64,000 nucleotides of DNA from Syntrophales bacterium (GTDB lineage: Bacteria; Desulfobacterota; Syntrophia; Syntrophales; PHBD01). The DNA is taken from assembly GCA_963668175.1 (NCBI GenBank), contig OY764159.1, forward strand, positions 864,001 through 928,000, written 5' to 3'. A program made the translations under genes and the position numbers. A model generated the notes under the pieces. The model ran no database searches and had not been told where the DNA came from. It saw only the letters and a list, made by a program, of their open reading frames with translations. This document shows positions 38,999 to 48,248 of the stretch, piece after piece. Every line of letters begins with the position of its first letter. The stretch's first letter is position 1.

Positions 38999-41014
38999 AT
39001 GAGCGAGGAAACATCGGTAAAAGGGGATTTCGTTCACCCGGTATTTGCCCTGATTCCGACACTGCAACTGAAGAAGGGGAAGATCGTTTCTGCGGAAGAG
39101 GCGGTGCGTATCATCAGGGACGGGGATACGGTGGCGACGGAGGGTTTTGTGGGAACCGCCTTTGCCGAGGAGATCGCCATGGCTCTGGAAGACTATTTCC
39201 TTAAGACCGGTTCTCCCCGGAACCTCACCATCGTCTATGCGGCGGGACAGGGGGACAGCAAAGAAAAGGGCCTGAATCACCTGGCTCATGAGGGATTGGT
39301 CGGCAGGGTCGTCGGCGGCCATATCGGTCTGGCCCCCAAGCTACAGACATTGATCCGGGAAAACAAGATTCTGGCCTACAATTGGCCGCAGGGCGTCATC
39401 TCCCATTTTTTCCGGGATGTCGCCGCCCGTCGCCCCGGCGTCATTTCCCGGGTCGGCCTGGGAACTTTTATCGATCCGCGGCATGACGGCGGTAAATTGA
39501 ACGAGAAGACCTTCAGGGAAGGGGAGGATCTCGTCAAACTCATGTCCATCGATGGGCAGGAATACCTCTTCTACAAGGCTTTTCCCATCAATGTCGCCAT
39601 CATCAGGGGGACGACGGCGGATACGGACGGCAATATCACGATGGAAAGAGAGGCCCTCACGATAGAATCGCTGGCCATGGCCATGGCGGCCAAGAACAGC
39701 GGCGGCTTTGTCATGGTCCAGGTCGAACGCATTGCGGAACGGGGGACGCTGAACTGCCGGGACGTGAAGATCCCGGGCGTCATGGTGGACTGCGTCGTCG
39801 TAGCCAAGCCGGTCAACCATTGGCAGACTTTTACAGTACAATACGACCCGTCCTTCAGCGGCGAGACGAAAGTGCCCATGACCTTTATTCCCCCGATGGA
39901 CATGGGGATGCGAAAGATCATCGCCCGGAGGGCCGCCTTCGAGCTCAGCCCCAACAGCGTTGTGAACCTGGGTATCGGCATGCCCGAGGGCGTGGCCAAC
40001 GTCGCCAATGAGGAAAAGGTGATCGAGTATCTGACGTTGACGACGGAGCCTGGCACGATCGGCGGCATGCCCAACGGGGGCCCGAATTTCGGGACGGCAA
40101 CAAATATGGAATGCCTGATCGACCAGCCTTACCAGTTCGATTTCTATGACGGCGGCGGACTGGATGCGGCCTTTCTCGGCTCGGCGGAGGTCGACGCCGA
40201 AGGCAACGTCAACGTCAGCAAGTTCGGGCCCAGGTTTGTCGGCCCCGGGGGATTCATCAATATCAGCCAGAATGCCAAGAAGGTCGTATTCATGGGAAGC
40301 TTCACGGCCGGGGGATTGAAGGTATCGACGCGGGACGGTAAACTGATCATCGACCAGGAGGGCCGGGAGAAGAAGTTCGTCAAGCAGGTCGAACAGAAGA
40401 CGTTCAGCGGTTACTATGCAGCACTGGATAAGAAGACCGTCTATTACGTAACGGAGCGCTGCGTCTTTTCGCTGACGGAGAAGGGCATGGAGTTGACCGA
40501 GATTGCCCCGGGCATGGACCTGGAAAAGGATATCCTTGCCCAGATGGAGTTTGAACCGATTGTGAACGGTTCTCCCAAATTGATGGACTCCAGGATCTTC
40601 TCGCCCGGTCTCATGGGGCTCAAAAATGAACTGCTCAGCATCCCGCTGGAGCATCGCCTGATCTACAATGCGGAGGAGAACAGCTTCTTTGTCAATTTCG
40701 AAAATCTGTATATCCGTTCCAGCCGCGAGATTCAGAAGATCAAGACCTTGATTGAGACGATGCTGTCGCCCCTCGGCAAAAAGGTCTATACGATCGTCAA
40801 CTACGACAACTTCAACATCCTGCCGGAACTGATGACTGAATATACCGACATGGTGAAGTACGTCATGCGGTTTTATGAGAGCACGACGCGTTACACGACA
40901 AGCGCCTTCCTGCGCATGAAACTGGGGGACGAATTGCAGAAGCGCGACCTTGCTCCCCATATTTACGAAACGAAGGAAGAGGCGCAGATATTCCTTCGCG
41001 AACAACAGGAATAA
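38999..41014 (+). CDS. Family I acyl-CoA:acetate CoA-transferase (Pct/YdiF type) with C-terminal extra domain
   Basis: AAGQGD, PQGVI, NLGIGMP, catalytic Glu in LTTEPG, QFDFYDGGG, GNVNVSKF, GGFINI and VTERCVF; GGAGG RBS. Confidence 0.92.
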   Translation: MSEETSVKGDFVHPVFALIPTLQLKKGKIVSAEEAVRIIRDGDTVATEGFVGTAFAEEIAMALEDYFLKTGSPRNLTIVYAAGQGDSKEKGLNHLAHEGLVGRVVGGHIGLAPKLQTLIRENKILAYNWPQGVISHFFRDVAARRPGVISRVGLGTFIDPRHDGGKLNEKTFREGEDLVKLMSIDGQEYLFYKAFPINVAIIRGTTADTDGNITMEREALTIESLAMAMAAKNSGGFVMVQVERIAERGTLNCRDVKIPGVMVDCVVVAKPVNHWQTFTVQYDPSFSGETKVPMTFIPPMDMGMRKIIARRAAFELSPNSVVNLGIGMPEGVANVANEEKVIEYLTLTTEPGTIGGMPNGGPNFGTATNMECLIDQPYQFDFYDGGGLDAAFLGSAEVDAEGNVNVSKFGPRFVGPGGFINISQNAKKVVFMGSFTAGGLKVSTRDGKLIIDQEGREKKFVKQVEQKTFSGYYAALDKKTVYYVTERCVFSLTEKGMELTEIAPGMDLEKDILAQMEFEPIVNGSPKLMDSRIFSPGLMGLKNELLSIPLEHRLIYNAEENSFFVNFENLYIRSSREIQKIKTLIETMLSPLGKKVYTIVNYDNFNILPELMTEYTDMVKYVMRFYESTTRYTTSAFLRMKLGDELQKRDLAPHIYETKEEAQIFLREQQE

Positions 41015-41020
41015 CGCCCT

Positions 41021-42376
41021 TTAGCCGCTGAACTTTTCGATATACCGATCCATCCTGAACTTACGGCGGAGCCCCGCTTCGTTCATATACCGGACGGTTC
41101 CGAAGATGTTCCTCTCCCGCCACGGCCGGTCGTGCTTTCCGAAGCACCAGGATATGCCGGCGAAGCTGTTCGGATCGCGGCCGTCCAGGTTGTATTTATT
41201 GTTGAGGTAAATCATCCGCTCGTAGGCTTCTTCGGGCGACGGCGACCACTCGATGATCTTCTTCCCCCAGTACATGCGCAGGTAATTGTGCATCTTTCCC
41301 GTAAGAACCATCTCTCGCTGGGCCGCGTTCCAGCAGGCGTCGTGGGTTTCGCCCCCTTCGAGTTCGCTCATGGTGTATTGGTAAGGCCGCGGGTCGGCGG
41401 CATGTTTCTGCAGGGTCTGCCTCGCCCAGGCGGGCAGGGAATCGAACCGGTCGTAGAGATCGTTATAATGCGTAAAGTTGACGGCAAGCTCCCGCCGGAC
41501 AATCAGCTCTTCGAGATAGCCCTCTTGGGCCGCTTGCGGGATGCCCTCCGCCGACTTTATCTCCAGGGCGATAAAGAGGGGGGAAATCTGCCCGAAATGC
41601 AGATAGGGGCTCATATCCGAAGTACAGCCGGAGATCGGATCGTTATGCAGCTTCGGGTAGTCCGCCAGATGGCGGCCGATGAACTCGGCCAGATGTCTCT
41701 TGGCCCGTGAAGTTCCTCCTTCGTAACGAGTGACGAAGTTCACCGTGCGGTCTATCTTCGTAGGGCAGAGTATCGTCTTAATGCTCTGCCGGAGGGTGAC
41801 GCCCGCGATCTTGAGGGAAAGCGATTCGCGGCGGGCGGGCGTTTCCGGAAGCGAAACGAGAAATTCCGGAAGGCGGCATTTGATGTGGGGTCTGAGCACC
41901 GCAGCCGAATACGCTTCCCTGTCCAGGGCTTCCTCCACGGGCACGACGGTGTCCGTTTCCACTTCCGTCATGCGGCAGGGGGCATGGTCGGCAATGTTAC
42001 GACGCCAGTCCTTCTGAAGGCGGAGGTAACCCCGGTCGGCGACAATAGCCGCCGCCTCTGCGGCCATGAGCAGGACCTCCTGTTCGATAGCTCCCCGGCG
42101 GAGGATAAACTGGATGCCCCTCTTTTCCAGTGCGGCATACATTTCCTGCAGACCTTCCAGCATGAAGGTATAATGACGGAGATTGGCTTCGGGGAATTGA
42201 TCGGTCAGCACGAACAAAACGACAAGCGGCAGGTCCAGGTCGTTGGCCTGTCCGATGGCGAATTCAAGGGCATGGTTCCATTCGGCCCTTTGAGAGGCCT
42301 GCATCCAGTAAAGAACATAGCGGCCTTTACGGACGGCGAAACGGTTGAGAAGCTTGATTCTTTGCGGCTGGATCAT
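41021..42376 (-). CDS. phrB: Class II CPD DNA photolyase
   Basis: VLYWM..QR..NHAL, SPYLHFGQIS, EELIVRREL, MHNYLRMYWGKK, LDGRDPN and HDRPW motifs. Confidence 0.93.
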   Translation of the reverse strand: MIQPQRIKLLNRFAVRKGRYVLYWMQASQRAEWNHALEFAIGQANDLDLPLVVLFVLTDQFPEANLRHYTFMLEGLQEMYAALEKRGIQFILRRGAIEQEVLLMAAEAAAIVADRGYLRLQKDWRRNIADHAPCRMTEVETDTVVPVEEALDREAYSAAVLRPHIKCRLPEFLVSLPETPARRESLSLKIAGVTLRQSIKTILCPTKIDRTVNFVTRYEGGTSRAKRHLAEFIGRHLADYPKLHNDPISGCTSDMSPYLHFGQISPLFIALEIKSAEGIPQAAQEGYLEELIVRRELAVNFTHYNDLYDRFDSLPAWARQTLQKHAADPRPYQYTMSELEGGETHDACWNAAQREMVLTGKMHNYLRMYWGKKIIEWSPSPEEAYERMIYLNNKYNLDGRDPNSFAGISWCFGKHDRPWRERNIFGTVRYMNEAGLRRKFRMDRYIEKFSG

Positions 42377-42539
42377 AGGCAGACCTTTTCGGGTTTCCGA
42401 TCATCTCTCATTTCCGCAAATCGTGATGGCAGAACTATAGGGGCGGGAACGGGCCGTGTCAATGAAAACCTGCTCGAATTGCCGTTGTCCCCCGGGAGGA
42501 TGTGATGATATATTGAGGACAAAAAAGGGAAATACGGCC

Positions 42540-42875
42540 ATGAAAGACATCTTTCCAGAACCGATTACAAGACTTCCGGAGGCCGATATGCCTCTGAAGG
42601 GTGTTCGCGCCTATCTGTCGCAGGCTGACCGGCATCAGGTCATATTCATGCAGTTCGACTGCGACGACGAGATGGCGGAACATGCCCACGCCGCCCAGGT
42701 CGGATTCGTCCTGGAGGGGAGAATCGATCTCGTCATCGACGGGACCCTGCATACGTACCGCAAGGGCGACCGGTACTATATTCCTGAAGGTGTCCGTCAT
42801 TCCGGGAAGATCTATGCCGGATACGCCCAGGTAGCCTATTTCGACGCCCCCGACCGTTACGCGGTCAAAAAATGA
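42540..42875 (+). CDS. Cupin domain protein
   Basis: EHAH..QVG.VLEG..GD.Y.IP.GV.H cupin motifs. Confidence 0.85.
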   Translation: MKDIFPEPITRLPEADMPLKGVRAYLSQADRHQVIFMQFDCDDEMAEHAHAAQVGFVLEGRIDLVIDGTLHTYRKGDRYYIPEGVRHSGKIYAGYAQVAYFDAPDRYAVKK

Positions 42876-42945
42876 AACGGATATGAAGATGTCTCCGCGA
42901 CCGATGCCGGGCGTCGGTTGTTAAGACGGGTTCCTTCCGGCGCCG

Positions 42946-43893
42946 TCAGGGTATAGCGCCGAAAGAGTCCAGCGCTTTCCGGAACGACTTGAGATCCCCG
43001 ATCTCCATGACCTGGATGTACTTATCGATCTTCTTGATCAAGCCGGAGAGGGTTTTCTTCGGTCCGATTTCCAGGATGGTATCGATGCCCATGGACGCCA
43101 TCTTCTCGATGGTCTCCTGCCAGCGAACCGGCGAGATGATCTGCCGTCGCAGCAGGTCGCGGGCGTTTTCCGGCGTATATAAGGCGTCGGGATCGCAGTT
43201 GGGGATGACGGGAATCTGAAAATCTCCGAAGGTGATGCGGCTGAGATTCCCCGCCAGGGATTCCGATGCCGTCTGCAACAGCCGGCAGTGGCAGGGGACG
43301 CTGATGGGCAGTTTGATGACAATAGTCGACTTGATCTCCTTGGCGGCGGCCATGACCCTTTCCACCGCGGCCGTGTGGCCGGATATGGACATCTGCCTGG
43401 GGGCGTTGAGAACCGATACGGTGACAACCTCATCCTCTTTCGCGACTTCCCGGCAGATACGGCGGACCTCCTCATCATCCAGCCCGATGACGGCGGCCAT
43501 GGCGCCGCTTCCCACGGGGACGGCATCCTGGTGATATTGGGCGCGGGCGTAGACCAAAGGAAAAAGGTCGTCCAGGCCGATGGCCCCGGCAGCGTAAATG
43601 GCGCTGTATTCGCCGAGACTGTGTCCGGCGGCTACTTGGGGAGATATCTGCAGGAATTCCTTGCACAGGGTATAGACGGCAACTTCCAGGGTCAGGATCG
43701 TGGTCTGGGTGTTCACGGTCAAGTCCAGGGCTTCCTGCGGTCCTTCGAAGCAGAGGCGCGCCATATCGAAACCGAGGCTTGCCCCGGCCCTGTCGAATAT
43801 CTCCCGCACGGATTTGAACTCCGCGTAGAGATCCCTGCCCATGCCTGTAAACTGTGTACCCTGTCCCGGGAAGACCAAAGCGAGATTACCCAT
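42946..43893 (-). CDS. fabD: Malonyl-CoA:ACP transacylase (FabD-like)
   Basis: FPGQGTQ..GMG, GHSLGEYSA, conserved Arg (YARAQ), G.MAAV, SVPCH, SPVRW and EIGP motifs. Confidence 0.92.
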   Translation of the reverse strand: MGNLALVFPGQGTQFTGMGRDLYAEFKSVREIFDRAGASLGFDMARLCFEGPQEALDLTVNTQTTILTLEVAVYTLCKEFLQISPQVAAGHSLGEYSAIYAAGAIGLDDLFPLVYARAQYHQDAVPVGSGAMAAVIGLDDEEVRRICREVAKEDEVVTVSVLNAPRQMSISGHTAAVERVMAAAKEIKSTIVIKLPISVPCHCRLLQTASESLAGNLSRITFGDFQIPVIPNCDPDALYTPENARDLLRRQIISPVRWQETIEKMASMGIDTILEIGPKKTLSGLIKKIDKYIQVMEIGDLKSFRKALDSFGAIP

Positions 43894-44025
43894 GAATACC
43901 TCTGAAGATGATGTGCTGGTAGAGGAAGTACCCTTTTTTCTTCGCCCGGTCAACCGGAAATAGCGGGAAGCGCCCGTCTTCCATGGCCGCCGCCGTTTCC
44001 AGTACCGCGCGGGAAGGGAGGAGAT

Positions 44026-44769
44026 CTATATCCGATGGCCGCCATCCACCTCGATGACGCGGCCGTTCAAGAAGTCGCATTCGATGATGAATTTGACGGC
44101 CTGGGCGATCTCCGCCATCTCCCCGAAACGGCCCGCCGGAATATGGGCACATATTTCGTCGATGATCTTCTGGCCCATCTTCGCCGTCATTTCCGTCCGG
44201 ATGTATCCCGGGGCGATGGCCGCCGAGCGGATGCCGTACGGCGCCAGTTCCTTGGCCCAGGTGACCGTCATGGCGGCGACGCCGGCCTTCGTGGCGGAGT
44301 AGTTGGTCTGCCCGTAGTTGCCGGCCCGGCTGATGGACGAGATGTTGATGATTAGGCCCTTGACCCCATGCCTGGCCATCTGGGCCGCCGCTTCACGCCC
44401 GCAGAGAAAAACGCCCGTGAGATTGACCTGCAAGACCTTATCCCAACTGGACAAGGGGAATTTTCTCAGGATTTCGCCCTTTTTCCTGACAAAGACGGCA
44501 TCCGCCGTGATGCCGGCGTTGTTGATCAGGACATCGGGCGGACCGAATCGGGCCGTATAGTCGGCAAAGAAGGCTTCCACGTCCTTTTCGTTCGTGACAT
44601 CGACGACGGCCCCTTCGATGCCAGTTTCCCGCGCCAGGGCTTCAAGGTCTTCTTTAAGAATATCGATGGCATAAGGAAAGGCACCCAACTCCTTCAACTC
44701 CTTGCCGAACTGCTTCCCCATGCCTCTGGCTCCGCCGGTGATGACGATCCTTTTTCCCTTGATATCCAT
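44026..44769 (-). CDS. 3-oxoacyl reductase (FabG/PhaB-like SDR)
   Basis: TGGARGMG, NNAGITAD, NISS, GQTNYSATK and PGYI.T.M motifs. Confidence 0.9.
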   Translation of the reverse strand: MDIKGKRIVITGGARGMGKQFGKELKELGAFPYAIDILKEDLEALARETGIEGAVVDVTNEKDVEAFFADYTARFGPPDVLINNAGITADAVFVRKKGEILRKFPLSSWDKVLQVNLTGVFLCGREAAAQMARHGVKGLIINISSISRAGNYGQTNYSATKAGVAAMTVTWAKELAPYGIRSAAIAPGYIRTEMTAKMGQKIIDEICAHIPAGRFGEMAEIAQAVKFIIECDFLNGRVIEVDGGHRI

Positions 44770-44805
44770 GTGAGGTGCTCCTCGGTGATGATGGTCCGCT
44801 TTCGT

Positions 44806-46503
44806 TTAAATTTCATTCACGTATAGGCCCGGCGCTTTTTCCAGGGGAGGATAGGTTTTTGATCCCAGGGAGGGCGGTCTGGTCATGGCATCGCCTCTGG
44901 AAAGAAGCCACTCGCGCCAATCCGTCCACCACGATCCCCGTTTCTCCGGCTGGGAGGACTGCCAGGCATCCGGCTCCAGATCGCTGTCGCGATCGACATC
45001 GCCTGCCCAGTACTTCCGACGCGAAATCTCGGACGGCGGATTGACGATGCCGGCGATATGGCCCTCACTGGCGAGAACGTACCGCACCGGACCGCCCACG
45101 AGGCTGCAGGTTCGGAATGCAGAGCGCCAGGGGCTGATGTGATCCTGCTGCGCTCCGACGGCATACAGGGGTTGTTCGATGCAACCCAGATCGATGGGGC
45201 AGTCGCCCAGGACGACGGCGTCCTTTTTCACGAGCTTGTTGTGTAAATACAGGTCCCGCAAATAGAAGGCGCACATGGCTTCCGGCATGCGCGTGCTGTC
45301 GTCGTTCCAGAAAAGCATGTCGGACTTCGGAGGCGTTCCTCCGTAGAGATAGTTGTGGACGTAATTTCGCCAGACGAGACTGTCCGACCGGAGGAGCCGG
45401 AATGTCTGGCTGATGTATCTCGAATCAAGATAGCCGTCTGTTTTCATAAGCGATTCGATGGCTTCGATTGCTTCCTCGCTGACAAAGACGCCGATGTCGC
45501 CCGGTTCGGAAAAATCCGTCAGCGTGGAAAAAAGGCTCCAGTCGGCTATCGGGACCGGTCCCGATTCCTTCCACATCCGGTTCAGCCATGCCATCAACGC
45601 GGCCAGAACCGTGCCGCCAATGCAGTACCCCGCCGCATGAACCTGGGGGGCTTTGCAGATTTCGCCGGCCACGAGAGCGGCCTGGAGGGCTCCCTTGAGC
45701 ATGTAGTCCGTGAATGTCGTGGCGCGCATGTCTGCGGTCGGATTTTTCCAGCTCGTGATAAAGACGTTGAATCCCTGACTGCGAAGATAATGAACAAAAC
45801 TATTTTGCGCGGTAAGGTCGAAAATGTAGAATTTGTTGATCCAGGGCTGGATTAGGACGATCGGTATTGCATACGTCTTTTCCGTAACCGGCGAGTACTG
45901 GATGACCTCCAGCAGACCGTTGCGATATACGACACGCCCGTCGGAGGTCGCGATATTTTCTCCTGGCTTGAAGGCTCTGTGGTCGACAATGGTGAGCAGG
46001 CTGTCGCCCCGAAGTCCATCGTCGATCCAGTTCATGAACCCCTGCAGGACGCTTGATCCGTCGGTATCGATGAAACGCTGGACGGCCCCGGGATTCGTCC
46101 AGAAGAAGTTGGACGGGGCGATGGCGTTCAGATACTGGCTGGACCAGAATCGGGCGCGACGCCTCTCGTCTTCCCGGAGGCCCGGGACGGTATCCACAAA
46201 ATCGCGCAGCCAACTGCTGAACACGGCATAGTAACGGCGTGTCAGGGACGCGTGATTTCTGATATGGCCCATGAAATGGTCTTCATCCTCCTCCTCCGGC
46301 TGTAAGGAGGAGGCGGAACCGGAACCCTGCGGCAGTTGGTGACGAAGAACTTCCAGGTTCAAATCTTCCAGGCGGGACATGAGGTCCGCCACTTTTTGCT
46401 TCAGTTCTTCCGAGTTCTGAAGCCAGGCGTCGCAAACTTTACGGAAGGAGGATGCCGCCCCGAACGGATCGACGATCTTTTCCAGAGGGTTCATAATCCC
46501 CAT
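44806..46503 (-). CDS. phaC: Poly(3-hydroxyalkanoate) synthase, class I/II-size PhaC
   Basis: APSNF..TNP, PWINKFYI.DL, SWKNP, lipase box GYCIGG, FWN.D.T.MP, DHI.PW, GHIAGIVNPP, GSWW..W and APG.YV; full Cys-Asp-His triad. Confidence 0.95.
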   Translation of the reverse strand: MGIMNPLEKIVDPFGAASSFRKVCDAWLQNSEELKQKVADLMSRLEDLNLEVLRHQLPQGSGSASSLQPEEEDEDHFMGHIRNHASLTRRYYAVFSSWLRDFVDTVPGLREDERRRARFWSSQYLNAIAPSNFFWTNPGAVQRFIDTDGSSVLQGFMNWIDDGLRGDSLLTIVDHRAFKPGENIATSDGRVVYRNGLLEVIQYSPVTEKTYAIPIVLIQPWINKFYIFDLTAQNSFVHYLRSQGFNVFITSWKNPTADMRATTFTDYMLKGALQAALVAGEICKAPQVHAAGYCIGGTVLAALMAWLNRMWKESGPVPIADWSLFSTLTDFSEPGDIGVFVSEEAIEAIESLMKTDGYLDSRYISQTFRLLRSDSLVWRNYVHNYLYGGTPPKSDMLFWNDDSTRMPEAMCAFYLRDLYLHNKLVKKDAVVLGDCPIDLGCIEQPLYAVGAQQDHISPWRSAFRTCSLVGGPVRYVLASEGHIAGIVNPPSEISRRKYWAGDVDRDSDLEPDAWQSSQPEKRGSWWTDWREWLLSRGDAMTRPPSLGSKTYPPLEKAPGLYVNEI

Positions 46504-46519
46504 CCTTGGCCTGAAGCCT

Positions 46520-46768
46520 TTAATGCTTGATGCTGTCGGGATTTTCGATGAAAGTGACTATCTCTCCTATGGTTGTTTCTTCGTTCAGAAGATCGAGGGG
46601 GACCTCGATCCCGAAAGTCTCTTTGAGGTAGGTCTGTAAATTAACTGCGGCGATGGAATCCCACTCGGGTATTTCGCTCAACATCGTTTCGGGGGTGACA
46701 TCGGCGGCACTCATTTCCGGGAAGATTTCCTGGATGCCGGTCATGATTTTTTTCAGCGTTTTGCTCAT
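46520..46768 (-). CDS. Acyl carrier protein (dedicated, non-AcpP type)
   Basis: Acidic 82-aa protein with WDSIA phosphopantetheine Ser motif and FGIEV..TIGEI; GAGGAGG RBS. Confidence 0.9.
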   Translation of the reverse strand: MSKTLKKIMTGIQEIFPEMSAADVTPETMLSEIPEWDSIAAVNLQTYLKETFGIEVPLDLLNEETTIGEIVTFIENPDSIKH

Positions 46769-46798
46769 AGAGCCCTCCTCGTAGTCGCAGAGAATTAG

Positions 46799-47779
46799 TT
46801 ACAGCCGGATAAGATTCGCCCCCCAGGAAAGTCCCCCGCCGAACGCCACGGTCAAAACGAGATTGCCTTTCGCGATAACCCCGTCCGCAATGGCCTCATC
46901 GAGCGCAACCGGGATGGATGCACTGGCCGTGTTGCCATATTTGTGAAGATTTACGAAAAACCTTTCCACCGGCATGGCAATTTCTTCAGCAATTTTGTGG
47001 ATGATATTGATGTTGGCCTGGTGGCATATGAAGCAGTCGATGTCGTTTAAATCGATACCGGCCTCCCGGCATATCTGCCGGATGATTTCCGGACCCTTGT
47101 CGATCGTAAACGAGAAAACGTCGATGCCTTTCATCTTGAAAAAGGCAAGTCTGGGATTGGTCATCTTTTCAAAGGGAAGCATGGTGCCGCCTCCGGGAAC
47201 GCAAATGGTGTCGTGCCTGCCGCCGTCCGTTTTCAGGCAGGAGCGCAGGACACCTCGGCCGGATTCATTGCCGGCCCTGAACAGAACGGCCCCGGCGCCA
47301 TCGCCGAAATAGGGATAGGTGCTGTAATCTTTTTTATTCAGGATCTTTGAGTACATTTCGGCGGCAATAAAAAGGACGTTGTCGTGGTTGCCCGATTTAA
47401 TCATGGCATCGGCGAGGGCGATGCCGTATGAACTGCCCGAACAGACGGAGTTGATATCGAAGGCAAAGGCATTCCTGGCGCCGATAAGGTGTTGCACCCG
47501 GGTCGCCGTTGCCGGCTGCATGCGGTCCGGTGATGACGTGGATACCACAACGGCTTCCAGTTCTCCGGCGGGAAAATCGGCTTTCTTCAGGCAGGCGAAG
47601 GCCGCCTGGACGGCGAGATCGGAGGTACAGATATCCTCGGGCGAGTTCCTTCTGGACAAAACGCCCGTTTTTTCACGGATAAGCGCCTGCGCCTCAAGGG
47701 AAAACTGGGTTAGATCTTCGTTGTTGATTTCAAGTTCCGGCAGATAGCTTCCCGTCGCGCAAACAACTGTGCTTCTCAT
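46799..47779 (-). CDS. fabH: Beta-ketoacyl-ACP synthase III (FabH-like)
   Basis: TGSYLP, I..KTG, catalytic Cys (VCSG), FGDGAGA, HQAN, YGNT.SASIP and FGGGLSWG motifs. Confidence 0.93.
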   Translation of the reverse strand: MRSTVVCATGSYLPELEINNEDLTQFSLEAQALIREKTGVLSRRNSPEDICTSDLAVQAAFACLKKADFPAGELEAVVVSTSSPDRMQPATATRVQHLIGARNAFAFDINSVCSGSSYGIALADAMIKSGNHDNVLFIAAEMYSKILNKKDYSTYPYFGDGAGAVLFRAGNESGRGVLRSCLKTDGGRHDTICVPGGGTMLPFEKMTNPRLAFFKMKGIDVFSFTIDKGPEIIRQICREAGIDLNDIDCFICHQANINIIHKIAEEIAMPVERFFVNLHKYGNTASASIPVALDEAIADGVIAKGNLVLTVAFGGGLSWGANLIRL

Positions 47780-48248
47780 GAGGGGGACCTCCGTGGGTTT
47801 GGATGGGTTGCTGACTGAAAGGTCCTTTGCTTCGACTTCGGTTTCTCCGGAAGAGACGGTTGAGATTGGGCGGCTGCAATTATTATAAAGTGCGACAAAA
47901 TTTCAACATCCGTAAAGTTCTATTTAACCACATGACGGAAATCTGTCAATACCTCTTTTGCCGATTCGTCTCCGATTTCAGGTTCAGCGAGTCGGAGCTT
48001 TCTTTTATGACCGAGAGGAATACGGACATGCGTCCGGGAAATTCTGCTTCCGTTTGACAGCCTTGGGTTAGTCTGGTATAGGCATAACGTAAAATGGCAA
48101 AAGGTGGGCGGTTCATGTACCTGCCACGTCTCCATGAGGAAATAAGTGGAGGACAGGACCTGAGAAAGGGATTTTCATGACATAACCCAGACAGAATCGA
48201 GATGGGTTATCATAAGTTGTGTTTCTTTTTTGGGAAAGGAGAACTTGT

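Noticed and set aside
42946..47779. Reading the cluster as the housekeeping fatty-acid operon
   Set aside because: It lacks rpmF/plsX/fabF context, the ACP has WDSI rather than the AcpP-type GADSLD, and phaC sits in the middle.
48090..48240. Hairpins in the Tim44 leader as a riboswitch
   Set aside because: Stems exist (ATAACCCA/TGGGTTAT), but no known aptamer motif or terminator was seen.
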